This document shows positions 8,399 through 17,456 of a stretch of 32,000 bases of DNA, one piece after another (within the stretch, counting starts at the first letter, position 1; each line of letters opens with the position of its first letter). The translations under genes and the position numbers were made by a program. Source of the DNA: Candidatus Saccharimonadota bacterium (lineage in GTDB: Bacteria > Patescibacteriota > Saccharimonadia > Saccharimonadales > Saccharimonadaceae); the NCBI RefSeq assembly GCF_025273655.1, contig NZ_CP045921.1, positions 780,001 through 812,000 of the forward strand, given 5' to 3'. The notes under the pieces are model-generated. The model did not search any database, was not told where the DNA came from, and saw only the letters and a list, made by a program, of their open reading frames with translations.

Positions 8399-10325
8399 CT
8401 TTGATACGGCGAATACCTGCCGAACTGGACTCTTCTTTGGTGATTTTGAATTTCTTGCCACCTTCGGCGAGTATCCCCGTATTGTCGACGTGCGGCCCAC
8501 CGCAGATTTCGAGTGATGCAATATGGTCGCCCTCACCCATCTGATACACTTTCACCTCTGCATCGTAACGCTCGCCAAACGGTCCGATTGCACCCATATC
8601 GAGCGCTTCCCTAGTCGGGTACATTTTGTAGCTAACGGGTAGATCTTCGGCGATCCAGCCATTTACCAGCTCTTCGGCCCGGTCGAGCTCTTCGCGCGTG
8701 ACTTTGCGGTCGAAATTGAAATCAAAACGCAGACGCTCTTCGGTAATGTTGCTACCATGCTGCTGGAACACAGGGCCGATCACCTCGCGTAGGGCTGATT
8801 GGAGGAGGTGTGTGGCGGTGTGGTATTTACGATGCTGGAGTGTGTCTCCACCGAGACCGCCTTTAAATTCACCTTTGCCAGCTGTACGGCTGCGATTACG
8901 CTGCTCTTCCATACGAGCGTCAAATTGCTCACGCCAGTCGGCAGGTACCTCAATCCCCTGCTTGTAAGCCTCTTCAAGACTTAATTCCACAGGAAAACCA
9001 TAAGTATCGTATAGCTTGAAGAAAAATTCACCTGTACCAGTAGGGTTCATCTCTTCGGCCGTAGATGAAGTTTCACCAGTCTCTGTGTTAATATTACCCG
9101 TGATTAGTATTCCTCGATTAAATTGGAGTAGGCCTTTTCGAAGCGTCTGTCGAAACGCTTTTTCTTCTTTCACCAGCACTGTGATGATCGTGTCGCGATT
9201 TGATTTGACTTCCGGGAAATCATTCTCGTACAAATCAGCAATTACTGGTACGATTTCCTGCAGAAAATTCTGCTCGATACCGAGATCGAAACTGAAGCGA
9301 ATCGCCCGACGCAAGAGGCGGCGCATCACATACCCCTGCTCTTTGTTGCTGGGCACGCAGCCGTCAACCGCCAAGAAGGTGGCGGCACGCAGATGATCGG
9401 CGATCACTCGCATGCTTTCGGTGTGGCTTTCGTACTTCTTGCCAGATAATGTCTGGAGTTTCTCGATAATTGGCCACATAAGGCTGATGCGGAAGACGTC
9501 TGGATTGCCGAGTTTGGCTGCCGCGATGCGCTCTAGGCCGGAGCCGTGATCGACATTTGGCCGCTCAAGCGCTTCGAACTTACCTTCGCCGACCTTTTTG
9601 TATGCCATGAAGACATTGTTGCCGATTTCCATGAAGCGTCCGCAGTCGCAGTTGGGGTGGCAGTATTCGCCAAAGCTAGTGTCGTGCTCGGTACCGAAAT
9701 CGTAGAACATCTCGCTGTCCGGGCCACATGGGTCGCCCACTGGAGTATTATGCTCGTTGCCATTGCGGCTCCACCAGTTTTTGCTGCCATCGTAGTAAAA
9801 GATGCGTTCGCCGTCCTGCATGCCGCGCGCATAGCCAGCTTCTTCGCTACCGATTTCCGCCTCGCCACTACTGAGGCCTTTAGCGTCAAACAGACGCCTC
9901 CATACCTCGGCGGCTTCGGTGTCTTTAGCAATACCAAGCTCCTCGTTGCCCGCATAGCATGTCACGTAGAGTTTGCTTACGTCGAGCTCTACCACTTCGC
10001 TGAGAAATTCAAACATCCACTCAATCTGCTGCTGCTTGAAATAATCCCCCATGCTCCAGTTGCCAAGCATTTCGAAGAAAGTAGTATGGCGGTTGTCACC
10101 GATATCGTCGATATCTTGCGCACGTAAGCATGTCTGGCTATCCACAATACGCTGACCATCTGGGTGTGGCTGACCAAGTAGATATGGGATCATAGGCTGC
10201 ATGCCACTGCCAGTGAAAAGAGTTGTCGGATCATCCTTCAGTACAAGGGGCGCTCTAGACACCACAGCATGTCCTCGTTCTTCAAAAAACTTCAGGTAGG
10301 CATTGCGGATTTGTTCGGTATTCAT
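8385..10325 (-). CDS. alaS: Alanine--tRNA ligase, short form (646 aa) ending right after the editing domain
   Basis: The N-terminus is MNTEQIRNAYLKFFEERGHAVVSRAPLV...DPTTLFTGSGMQP. Editing-domain motifs are HTATHLLQSAL and CGGPHV. The C-terminus is GIRRIKAILV. I place the start at ATG 10325, behind TGCTATACT-N8. Confidence 0.95.
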   Translation of the reverse strand: MNTEQIRNAYLKFFEERGHAVVSRAPLVLKDDPTTLFTGSGMQPMIPYLLGQPHPDGQRIVDSQTCLRAQDIDDIGDNRHTTFFEMLGNWSMGDYFKQQQIEWMFEFLSEVVELDVSKLYVTCYAGNEELGIAKDTEAAEVWRRLFDAKGLSSGEAEIGSEEAGYARGMQDGERIFYYDGSKNWWSRNGNEHNTPVGDPCGPDSEMFYDFGTEHDTSFGEYCHPNCDCGRFMEIGNNVFMAYKKVGEGKFEALERPNVDHGSGLERIAAAKLGNPDVFRISLMWPIIEKLQTLSGKKYESHTESMRVIADHLRAATFLAVDGCVPSNKEQGYVMRRLLRRAIRFSFDLGIEQNFLQEIVPVIADLYENDFPEVKSNRDTIITVLVKEEKAFRQTLRKGLLQFNRGILITGNINTETGETSSTAEEMNPTGTGEFFFKLYDTYGFPVELSLEEAYKQGIEVPADWREQFDARMEEQRNRSRTAGKGEFKGGLGGDTLQHRKYHTATHLLQSALREVIGPVFQQHGSNITEERLRFDFNFDRKVTREELDRAEELVNGWIAEDLPVSYKMYPTREALDMGAIGPFGERYDAEVKVYQMGEGDHIASLEICGGPHVDNTGILAEGGKKFKITKEESSSAGIRRIKAILV

Positions 10326-10333
10326 ATCTGTTA

Positions 10334-10342
10334 AGTATAGCA
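10334..10342 (-). promoter_or_regulatory. Extended -10 box TGCTATACT for alaS, 8 nt from the ATG
   Basis: The minus strand reads aaatTTGCTATACTtaacagatATG. Confidence 0.55.
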
Positions 10343-10450
10343 AATTTCGGCTGAGGGTTCTAGGTACAGAGGATCACGCAACTGTTGTAACAAATAAACA
10401 CCCAAAAATTGTTCGGTAGCGCACCCCTAAAGCACCTGGAGCCCAAAAAA

Positions 10451-10479
10451 GCCTGAAAGGTTTACATGCCCAGACAAGC
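10451..10479 (+). promoter_or_regulatory. Candidate promoter TTTACA-17-TACGAT for the glycan operon
   Basis: The hexamers and the 17-nt spacer were read directly. A start here would give a leader of about 100 nt ahead of the SD at 10571-10582. Confidence 0.3.
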
Positions 10480-10639
10480 TCGCTACGATGGATATATGGG
10501 CAGAATACAAAACGTAACGAAGTTACCAACCCGCCCATCGCCAGCATCGCAAAAGATGTGAGTACTTCGAGAGAGGAGGTGACGAATCACCCGCAAATCT
10601 TCACTACCACATACACTACGATATGGCGCTGCAGCACTT

Positions 10640-11065
10640 GTGCTGACAGTCGCAGGGTTACTAGCCCTCGCATTTACACAAAATGCACATGCAATACTCG
10701 GTTCCATGCAGCTCTGGCCGCAGCCAGAGGGCACGACCGAACTTTTTTTTGAGAAACCAAACGAGTTACCTCGTACCATCACCCCAGATAATCCTCTACC
10801 TATAGCATTTACGGTCAAAAATAGGGAATTTGCAACTGTAGCATATACCTACCAGGTAGAGCAGATCACTCCGGACACGGGCCAGCACACCACGCTGGCA
10901 AGTGGTACCAAGGAGCTGGCGCACGAGCAACACGCTGATATACGACAGACCGTCACGGCCACACCTACTGAGCAGCCATCAAAGCTGCAAGTGACTCTGA
11001 TATACCAAGAAGGAGACGTACAGAAACAGGAGCGTCGTGTGATTTCATATTGGTTAACCCCCTAG
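10640..11065 (+). CDS. Small secreted protein, DUF1616-like beta-rich domain. These coordinates are the GTG model; the gene probably starts at ATC 10586 (see findings).
   Basis: The signal-peptide core is LTVAGLLALAFTQNAHA. The mature part, ELFFEKPNELPRTITPDNPLPIAFTVKNREFATVAYTYQVEQ, resembles the archaeal DUF1616 C-terminal pattern (memory only). Confidence 0.7.
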   Translation: MLTVAGLLALAFTQNAHAILGSMQLWPQPEGTTELFFEKPNELPRTITPDNPLPIAFTVKNREFATVAYTYQVEQITPDTGQHTTLASGTKELAHEQHADIRQTVTATPTEQPSKLQVTLIYQEGDVQKQERRVISYWLTP

Positions 11066-11084
11066 AAGGAGATATTAGGAGCCT

Positions 11085-11870
11085 ATGGCACTATCCCGAA
11101 AGAGCACCCATAAGACCAAGAAGATGTATAATGTCGCGGTACTGATACCGTGCTACAACGAAGCAAAAGGTATCGCAGATGTGATCAAAAAGATGCCGTA
11201 CAAACGAGCGGCACGTAATCGCTGGAATCTACAGGTATATGTCATCGATAATAATTCCACCGATAACACCGCCGAAGTAGCCGAGCAGGCGGGCGCCGCG
11301 GTGCTACACGAGTCAAAAAAAGGCAAAGGCAATGCAATCCGCACAGGGTTTTGGAATCTACCAGAAGACACGGACTACGTGGTTATGCTCGACGGCGATG
11401 ACACCTACGATTCTGGCGAAGTGCTACGTATGGTAGAGCCATTACACAACAACTTCTGCAAAGTTGTTATCGGCTCACGCCTCAATGGCAAGCGCACAGA
11501 GCACTCGATGAACCTCACTAGCCGTGTTGGCAATTGGTTCTTCACCAATATCGTCAAACATACACACCGCGTACCGGTGACAGATGTACTGACTGGCTAC
11601 TTTGCTTGGACAAAAGATGCCCTAGACGAACTGCGCCCCTATCTCAAGTCCGACGGCTTCGCTATAGAGATGGAAATGATCACCAAGATGGCGCGTATGA
11701 ACTACGAAATCTACTCGGTACCTATCAGCTATACACCTCGCGCAGGCGAGTCAAATCTTCAGCCTGTGTCGGATGGTGCACGCATTCTCAAGATGTTTGC
11801 GTCGACCTTACGCTGGCGACCGTCGCGACGTGGAGCCACAGAAGCGCAGGCTCACACAGAGCAGTATTAG
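11085..11870 (+). CDS. Family-2 glycosyltransferase, polyprenyl-phosphate sugar synthase-like (DPM1/GtrB/ArnC type)
   Basis: Motifs are VLIPCYNEAKGI, VIDNNSTDNT and the DxD-type MLDGDDTYD. The size is 261 aa. An SD (GAAGGAGA / TAGGAG) lies upstream. Confidence 0.85.
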   Translation: MALSRKSTHKTKKMYNVAVLIPCYNEAKGIADVIKKMPYKRAARNRWNLQVYVIDNNSTDNTAEVAEQAGAAVLHESKKGKGNAIRTGFWNLPEDTDYVVMLDGDDTYDSGEVLRMVEPLHNNFCKVVIGSRLNGKRTEHSMNLTSRVGNWFFTNIVKHTHRVPVTDVLTGYFAWTKDALDELRPYLKSDGFAIEMEMITKMARMNYEIYSVPISYTPRAGESNLQPVSDGARILKMFASTLRWRPSRRGATEAQAHTEQY

Positions 11871-11881
11871 AAGGACGGGCT

Positions 11882-13003
11882 ATGAAAATATTGATAGGAA
11901 TTCACTATTTTCCACCACATGTCGGCGGTATGGAGATTGTCGCTAAAACTCAGGCCACGCAACTAGCAGCCGCAGGTCATGAGGTGACAGTGCTGACCAG
12001 CGCGGCCGATGCTTCCCCGAGCACGCAACAAGAGCATGGTTATACGTTGCAGCGTCTCGGGGTCTGGAACTGGTTTGAGCGTGCCATGGGAGTACCCTTT
12101 CCTGTGTTTGGGCCATCATTGATAATACAAAGCTTTCGCCGAGTGCAGGATGCGGATGTAGTACACCTCCACGATGTGTTCTACGAAACGTCGTGGATAT
12201 TGGCACTGTGGGCGCTCTTGCTACGGAAACCGGTCATCGTGACGCAGCACGTCGACATGATCCCACACCCGAACCCACTCGTGCGGTTTGTGCAGTGGGC
12301 TGTATACCATACATGCGGCAAATTTGTGTTTGCCGTGGCGCGACGTGTCGCGGTACTCAATTCAAACGTGCGCGACTTTTTGCTACGGCTCGGCGTACCG
12401 GCGCGCAAGCTCGTATTCATGCCAAATGGCGTCGACTTCTCGCTGTTTCATCCAGACGATAGTGTTGACCGTACCGAAGTGCGTACCCGGTATTCCCTGC
12501 CGCTCGACCAGCCCATTGCCTTATTCGTAGGACGATTTGTACCAAAAAAGGGGTTTGATAAGCTACTGCAGGCCACATCTGCCGGCTATCACATCGCACT
12601 CGCTGGCGGCTCAGCACCGGACGGTATGTCGTCGGATACAGACAAGACTTTCCTAGGCTCTCGCACTCCCGCTGAACTTGCCGAGCTCTACAACGCGGTC
12701 GATATGTTTGTACTGCCGAGTGAGGGCGAGGGGTTTCCGCTTACAGTCCAAGAAGCCATGGCGTCGCAGTTGCCCATCGTGATTTCGCACAACCCTGGCT
12801 ACGATATTTATGAACTCGACAATGAGCTGTGCGAGCAAATCACCCCCACGATCCCCACTATCCGTAACACTCTCACACGGCTAGCCGGCGACGGTAAATT
12901 ACGTGCGCGTATGGCTGACTACTCGCACCGTTATGCGCGGGAGCATTTCAGTTGGGATACCAACATTCGCCAGCTTCAAGCGATCTATGAGGAGGTACGA
13001 TGA
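11882..13003 (+). CDS. Family-4 (GT-B) glycosyltransferase
   Basis: The N-terminus is MKILIGIHYFPPHVGGMEIV, and the E-x7-E region is PSEGEGFPLTVQEAMASQLPIV. The start at ATG 11882 follows GAAGGA. The track ORF from 11534 is an out-of-context upstream extension overlapping the GT2 gene. Confidence 0.85.
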   Translation: MKILIGIHYFPPHVGGMEIVAKTQATQLAAAGHEVTVLTSAADASPSTQQEHGYTLQRLGVWNWFERAMGVPFPVFGPSLIIQSFRRVQDADVVHLHDVFYETSWILALWALLLRKPVIVTQHVDMIPHPNPLVRFVQWAVYHTCGKFVFAVARRVAVLNSNVRDFLLRLGVPARKLVFMPNGVDFSLFHPDDSVDRTEVRTRYSLPLDQPIALFVGRFVPKKGFDKLLQATSAGYHIALAGGSAPDGMSSDTDKTFLGSRTPAELAELYNAVDMFVLPSEGEGFPLTVQEAMASQLPIVISHNPGYDIYELDNELCEQITPTIPTIRNTLTRLAGDGKLRARMADYSHRYAREHFSWDTNIRQLQAIYEEVR

Positions 13004-15222
13004 AACTACTTTTTGTGTCGCCCTACTACGCACCTAGTGTTGGTGGTGTACAGCAATATGTCGCTGATCTCGTCGCCGCATACAAACTTGAACACGAGAT
13101 CATCATCGTGACAACTAGCCCGAATCACGACAGCGTCACGAAAAAAGTTGAAGACGGGATAGTAATTTACTATCTACCGGTGCTCCGCACTATTGCCAAC
13201 ACTCCCTACCATCCACGCTGGAAATCACAACTGAAAGAGATTTTCGACTACGAAGCACCGGACGTGATCAATGCACATGCCCCGGTACCGTGGTTTGCCG
13301 ACATGGCCGAGCGTGCCAATCGTGGAACATACCCTTTTGTACTAACCTACCATGCCGGTAGCATGAAGAAAGGTCGTTTGCTACCAGATATTGTAATTCG
13401 CCTCTACGAACGCTTTGTATTGCCCCGAACCCTTCGCGCCGCATCCAAACTGGTCGCCGTGTACCCACCGTTTATCACACAAATTCTCGGTAACTCTCGC
13501 CAAGTGCACCATATTACTCCTGGTATAGCGACAGATTTCTTTACGCCGTCAGCTACGCCTGCAATGTATGACGCGCTGTTTGTGGGGCGTCTCGAAAGAA
13601 CATCTGAATGGAAAGGTGTCGATGTTGCACTTGCCGCGGTGGCTGAACTTGCGAAGCGTGGTCAGCATATAACGCTGGCGATCGCTGGCGACGGTGATGC
13701 GCGCACACAGTATACGCTTCGTGCCGATGAGTTGGGAATCGCGTCGCAGGTGACGTTTCTCGGATCGTGCGACCGCACACGGCTTCGTGATGTATATCGG
13801 GCGAGTAAATTTGTCGTATTGCCGTCTAAGACAGAGGCGGAATCATTTGGTATGGTTGTCGCCGAAGCAGCAAGCTGCGGTATACCGGCTATCGGCTCAC
13901 GCGTTGGTGGTGTACCCTACGTGATCGATGACGGCGAAACGGGTATACTCGTGGAACCAGGCAGTATCGAATCGCTCGCAGATGCCATGAGCTGGTTCCT
14001 GACTGATGACGAGTGGCGCACATCGTGTGGAGCAGCGGCCCGTGAGCGCGCCACACACCTCTTTGCACTCCAGAATACTACCGAGTCCACAGAAAAAGTA
14101 CTCGCCAATGCACTCCGCTCACCCCACCCCAAAAACCTCCAGATTGTCGCCTACTACCCGCCCGCTCTCGGTGGCATGGAGCGTGTAGCCGAAAACGTCG
14201 CACTTGAGCTGGCCGACTCTGGTGAAACTGTCGAAGTGGTAACATCATCTATCGGTTTCGAGCCGGATTACCACGACGAAATAAAAGATGGCTACCACGT
14301 ATCTCGATTGCCTGGTGTCATGCTTGGGGGGCTGCCTGTGATACCGAGTCTGTTTTGGCATCTGCTACGTCAGCCGCGCGGCAGTATTTACCATGTGCAT
14401 GTTGCACAAGCATTTATGCCAGAAGTTGCCTATCTAGCGTCTCGCCTGCGCGGCGGTACTTTTGTGGCGCATTTTCATCTCGATGTCGTGCCATCCGGTA
14501 TGTTTGGTCAGCTATTTGTGCTTTACAAACAGCTCCTGTTTCCGAGAATGCTACAGCATGCCGATAAAGTTATCGTGTTTTCTGAAGATCAGCGCGAGCT
14601 TGTCATGCGCAAATATCAAGTTGATCACACTCGCGTACATATCGTACCAAACGGCATTCGTCGCGGTTTTCAGCGCCTCGCACCACGCACCACACTTTCC
14701 TCCACTCCACGCCTATTATTTGTCGGTCGATTGAGCCATCAGAAGAATCTGTCGTATTTACTTGACGCGCTTGATGGTATTTCCGATAAATTTTCGACAC
14801 ATATCGTCGGTGACGGCGAACTAAGACCAGAGCTTGAGCAGCAAGCTGCCACACTCAATTTGCACAATGTAGCGTTTGTTGGCCGCAAAGATGACGACGA
14901 TCTGCGCCAAGAATATGACAACGCCGACATATTTGTACTGCCGAGCGAACGCGAAGGCATGCCGCTCGTACTGATCGACGCGATGGCCATGCGCCTACCT
15001 GCTATCGGCACCGACGTACTCGGTACGCGAGACATGATCGAGCCCGGCAAAAACGGTCAGCTAGTACCACTTGATCAGCCGGCAGCATTTCGCCAGGCGT
15101 TACTTGACGCCATCGCGTCCGATGCAGACTATGCGCGCATGAGTGACGACGCCTATGAGTACGTACGCGAATTAGCATGGCCCCACCTCACCAGGCGACT
15201 AATCACGGAGGTATATTCTTGA
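13000..15222 (+). CDS. Two-module GT4-GT4 fusion glycosyltransferase (740 aa)
   Basis: Module 1 has MKLLFVSPYYAPSVGGVQQY ... PSKTEAESFGMVVAEAASCGIPAI. Module 2 has LQIVAYYPPALGGMERVAEN ... PSEREGMPLVLIDAMAMRLPAI. The gene overlaps the preceding gene at ATGA and is preceded by the SD GAGGAGGT. Confidence 0.85.
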   Translation: MKLLFVSPYYAPSVGGVQQYVADLVAAYKLEHEIIIVTTSPNHDSVTKKVEDGIVIYYLPVLRTIANTPYHPRWKSQLKEIFDYEAPDVINAHAPVPWFADMAERANRGTYPFVLTYHAGSMKKGRLLPDIVIRLYERFVLPRTLRAASKLVAVYPPFITQILGNSRQVHHITPGIATDFFTPSATPAMYDALFVGRLERTSEWKGVDVALAAVAELAKRGQHITLAIAGDGDARTQYTLRADELGIASQVTFLGSCDRTRLRDVYRASKFVVLPSKTEAESFGMVVAEAASCGIPAIGSRVGGVPYVIDDGETGILVEPGSIESLADAMSWFLTDDEWRTSCGAAARERATHLFALQNTTESTEKVLANALRSPHPKNLQIVAYYPPALGGMERVAENVALELADSGETVEVVTSSIGFEPDYHDEIKDGYHVSRLPGVMLGGLPVIPSLFWHLLRQPRGSIYHVHVAQAFMPEVAYLASRLRGGTFVAHFHLDVVPSGMFGQLFVLYKQLLFPRMLQHADKVIVFSEDQRELVMRKYQVDHTRVHIVPNGIRRGFQRLAPRTTLSSTPRLLFVGRLSHQKNLSYLLDALDGISDKFSTHIVGDGELRPELEQQAATLNLHNVAFVGRKDDDDLRQEYDNADIFVLPSEREGMPLVLIDAMAMRLPAIGTDVLGTRDMIEPGKNGQLVPLDQPAAFRQALLDAIASDADYARMSDDAYEYVRELAWPHLTRRLITEVYS

Positions 15223-17456
15223 CTAAAAGCGCTCGCACATTTCCCTACTGGCTGATTTTTGGCATAGGACTAGTTCTTGCAAATGTCGCCTACTTTGTAC
15301 CACCGCCAGTAGGCTGGGTACTCACACTCAGCTACTTCTTGTTTGTACCGGGTTATTTGGTGCTACAGTTCATCGCCCGAAAAACCTGGTCTCGCTGGGA
15401 AACGCTCAGTTTTGCGCTAGGTCTGAGCATTCTGTTCCTCATGCTCGTAGGTCTAGCGATCAACAGTCTCGGCTACATGGGGCTCCGAGCTCCACTCAGT
15501 ACTGTCGGTATATTTATCGCACTTGATGTCGGTATGCTGCCGCTCCTCGCCGCCACATGGCGCCGTAGGCTCAGCCTGCAACCTAGCCATGATGTCATAA
15601 CGTTCAAGTGGCACCGCCTGTTTGGTGCGATACTTCTACTGCTACCGGTTGCTGCTGCCGCTGGTGCCGTGCGACTCAACAATGGCGCTTCAAACGAGGT
15701 CACGCTCATGATGTTTGCCGTGATTGCTGTGACATTTGTCATACTCATGCTGCGCACTTCTATGCAGCGATACTATCCGTTGGCACTATTTCTGTTTGCA
15801 CTGTCAATATTACTAAGTGTATCATTGCGTGGCTGGGACATCACGGGGCATGATATCCAACGTGAATTCAATGTATTCCAGCTGACTATGCAACAAAATA
15901 TGTGGGATATTGCGCGGTTTCGTGATCCGTATAATGCCTGCCTTAGTATCACCCTACTACCAACTATGCTTGCCAAGATCACTGGTATTCCTGATGCCTA
16001 CATCTTCAAAGTTGTGTTTCAGTTCATCGCCGCATTCGCTGTCATACCCGCGTATTTCTTCGTGCGACGACTTCATGGCCCACGTGATGCATTCCTGGCG
16101 GGCTTCATCTTCCTGCTCTTTCCGACATTTCTCGGCGACATGGCGATGCTCAACCGCCAAGAGATTGCATTTCTCTTCTTTGGCCTGATCATGTTGCTCA
16201 TGTTGCTCGCAGTTGAGTATCGACGCGCTCAAGTCTTAACCATTCTACTCCTCATTGGACTTACTCTGTCGCACTACTCGAGTAGCTATATCATGATCGG
16301 CCTCATGTTAGCAGCCTGGTGTGTCAACTTTGTAGTGCTGCGCATCACCAAGCCACGGTTTGCCACCGAAAACGTCAACGTCTTCCCTATTATGACACTA
16401 CCGATTATCATCTTCGCAGGTATCTTCGTGTTTACTTGGAACGATCAAATCACTCAGACCACAAAGGGCCTCAACTCTACGATTTCGAAGACGCTCGAAA
16501 GCATTGGGTCGGACAAAAAATCAGGCTCCCAGGCAAGCGACGTGAGCTATAGCCTGTTCGGTGGCAAACAGGCCAGTCCACAGGAAATTATCACTGCGTA
16601 CACTCAAGAAACCACTGGCGAAAAAGTTCATGTTGCCGCCGTACCACAGCCAACACTTCCCGTCACACCACTTGGTCAACTGCTCGGTGGTGAAAAGATA
16701 TTGGCAAGTCTACATGGCATGATCCGTGGTGGCATCGCCAAACTTTTACAGCTACTCATTGTGGTTGGCTGCCTAGTACTGTGGTGGCGTATCAAGCGTC
16801 GTCGCCATAACAAATACGACCTCTATGTATTATCGCTATGCGGAGGCTCGACGCTACTCCTTGTAGCACTTACCGTACTCCCTCAGTTATCGGTCGATTA
16901 TGGCGTGCTACGCCTGTTCCAGCAGCTCTTGTTTATCTTGGCACTCCCTATTATCGCTGCGCTCATTTGGGTAGGAACACTTGTGACAAAACACGCCAAT
17001 CGCATTTATGCCTGCGTGGCAATTTTCCTCGCGTGCATCTTTCTACACACCAGCGGCTTCTTCACGCAAATCACCGGCGCCTACACACCGCAGCTTGCGC
17101 TCAACAATTCCGGCTTCTACTACGACGCATACTACACAACCGATTCCGAACGAAGCGCCGCTGGCTGGCTAGCCGAACGCAGTGATAAACAGCAGCATCC
17201 AGACACATCGGTGGCACTTGATGTCTACGGTGTACTAAGATTTTCGCGTGTAGACCAGCAGCAGATTGCACTGACGAGTCCGTTCACACCATCCACGCGA
17301 GCCTATGTATATCACTACAAACACCCCGACACATTCATCGTCAACATCAACAGCAATCTTTACTACTATAAAGTCGATCGCACCAACGCCCGCGAAGATA
17401 CCGTCTACAGCAACGGCTACAGTGAGATCGGCAAACTCGTGGAGGCAAGGTCATGA
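15219..17456 (+). CDS. Polytopic membrane protein (about 745 aa, about 17 TM helices), a GT-C-like / DUF2206-like candidate glycosyltransferase or polymerase
   Basis: I read the hydrophobic helices by eye. A conserved-looking loop is RGWDITGHDIQREFNVFQLTMQQNMWDIARFRDPYNACLSITLLP. The TTG start at 15219 follows GGAGG-N7 and overlaps the upstream stop (TTGA). Confidence 0.7.
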   Translation: MTKSARTFPYWLIFGIGLVLANVAYFVPPPVGWVLTLSYFLFVPGYLVLQFIARKTWSRWETLSFALGLSILFLMLVGLAINSLGYMGLRAPLSTVGIFIALDVGMLPLLAATWRRRLSLQPSHDVITFKWHRLFGAILLLLPVAAAAGAVRLNNGASNEVTLMMFAVIAVTFVILMLRTSMQRYYPLALFLFALSILLSVSLRGWDITGHDIQREFNVFQLTMQQNMWDIARFRDPYNACLSITLLPTMLAKITGIPDAYIFKVVFQFIAAFAVIPAYFFVRRLHGPRDAFLAGFIFLLFPTFLGDMAMLNRQEIAFLFFGLIMLLMLLAVEYRRAQVLTILLLIGLTLSHYSSSYIMIGLMLAAWCVNFVVLRITKPRFATENVNVFPIMTLPIIIFAGIFVFTWNDQITQTTKGLNSTISKTLESIGSDKKSGSQASDVSYSLFGGKQASPQEIITAYTQETTGEKVHVAAVPQPTLPVTPLGQLLGGEKILASLHGMIRGGIAKLLQLLIVVGCLVLWWRIKRRRHNKYDLYVLSLCGGSTLLLVALTVLPQLSVDYGVLRLFQQLLFILALPIIAALIWVGTLVTKHANRIYACVAIFLACIFLHTSGFFTQITGAYTPQLALNNSGFYYDAYYTTDSERSAAGWLAERSDKQQHPDTSVALDVYGVLRFSRVDQQQIALTSPFTPSTRAYVYHYKHPDTFIVNINSNLYYYKVDRTNAREDTVYSNGYSEIGKLVEARS

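Noticed and set aside
9546-10127. A 193-aa plus-strand ORF inside alaS. Similar antisense ORFs lie at 5439..5918, 22170..22667, 23672..24205 and 25926..26324.
   Set aside because: All lie antisense to genes with unambiguous family motifs, and none has start signals or recognisable domains.
10441-10462. AAAAAAGCCTGAAAGGTTT as a possible terminator
   Set aside because: The stem is only about 4 bp and includes a wobble or mismatch. No gene ends nearby in the appropriate orientation.
10483-10818. A 111-aa minus-strand ORF spanning the glycan-operon leader and signal-peptide region
   Set aside because: It has no start signals, is antisense to a signal-peptide-encoding frame preceded by a strong SD, and has an implausible composition.
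11534-11881. N-terminal extensions of track ORFs: 11534 for GT4, 4136 for mltG, 7385 for the orphan, 10343 for alaS, 15177 for the membrane protein, 23153 for mnmA, 25400 for orf159 and 26451 for tatD
   Set aside because: In each case the extension overlaps the preceding gene or a promoter and encodes atypical sequence. An internal start with an SD or -10 context reproduces the family-typical N-terminus.
15220-15222. Possible alternative genetic code with TGA read as a sense codon, as in some CPR lineages
   Set aside because: TGA terminates several genes exactly at coupled junctions (ATGA at 13000, 17453, 20710 and 23057; TTGA at 15219; GTGA at 23656). Family-length proteins are obtained with the standard code.
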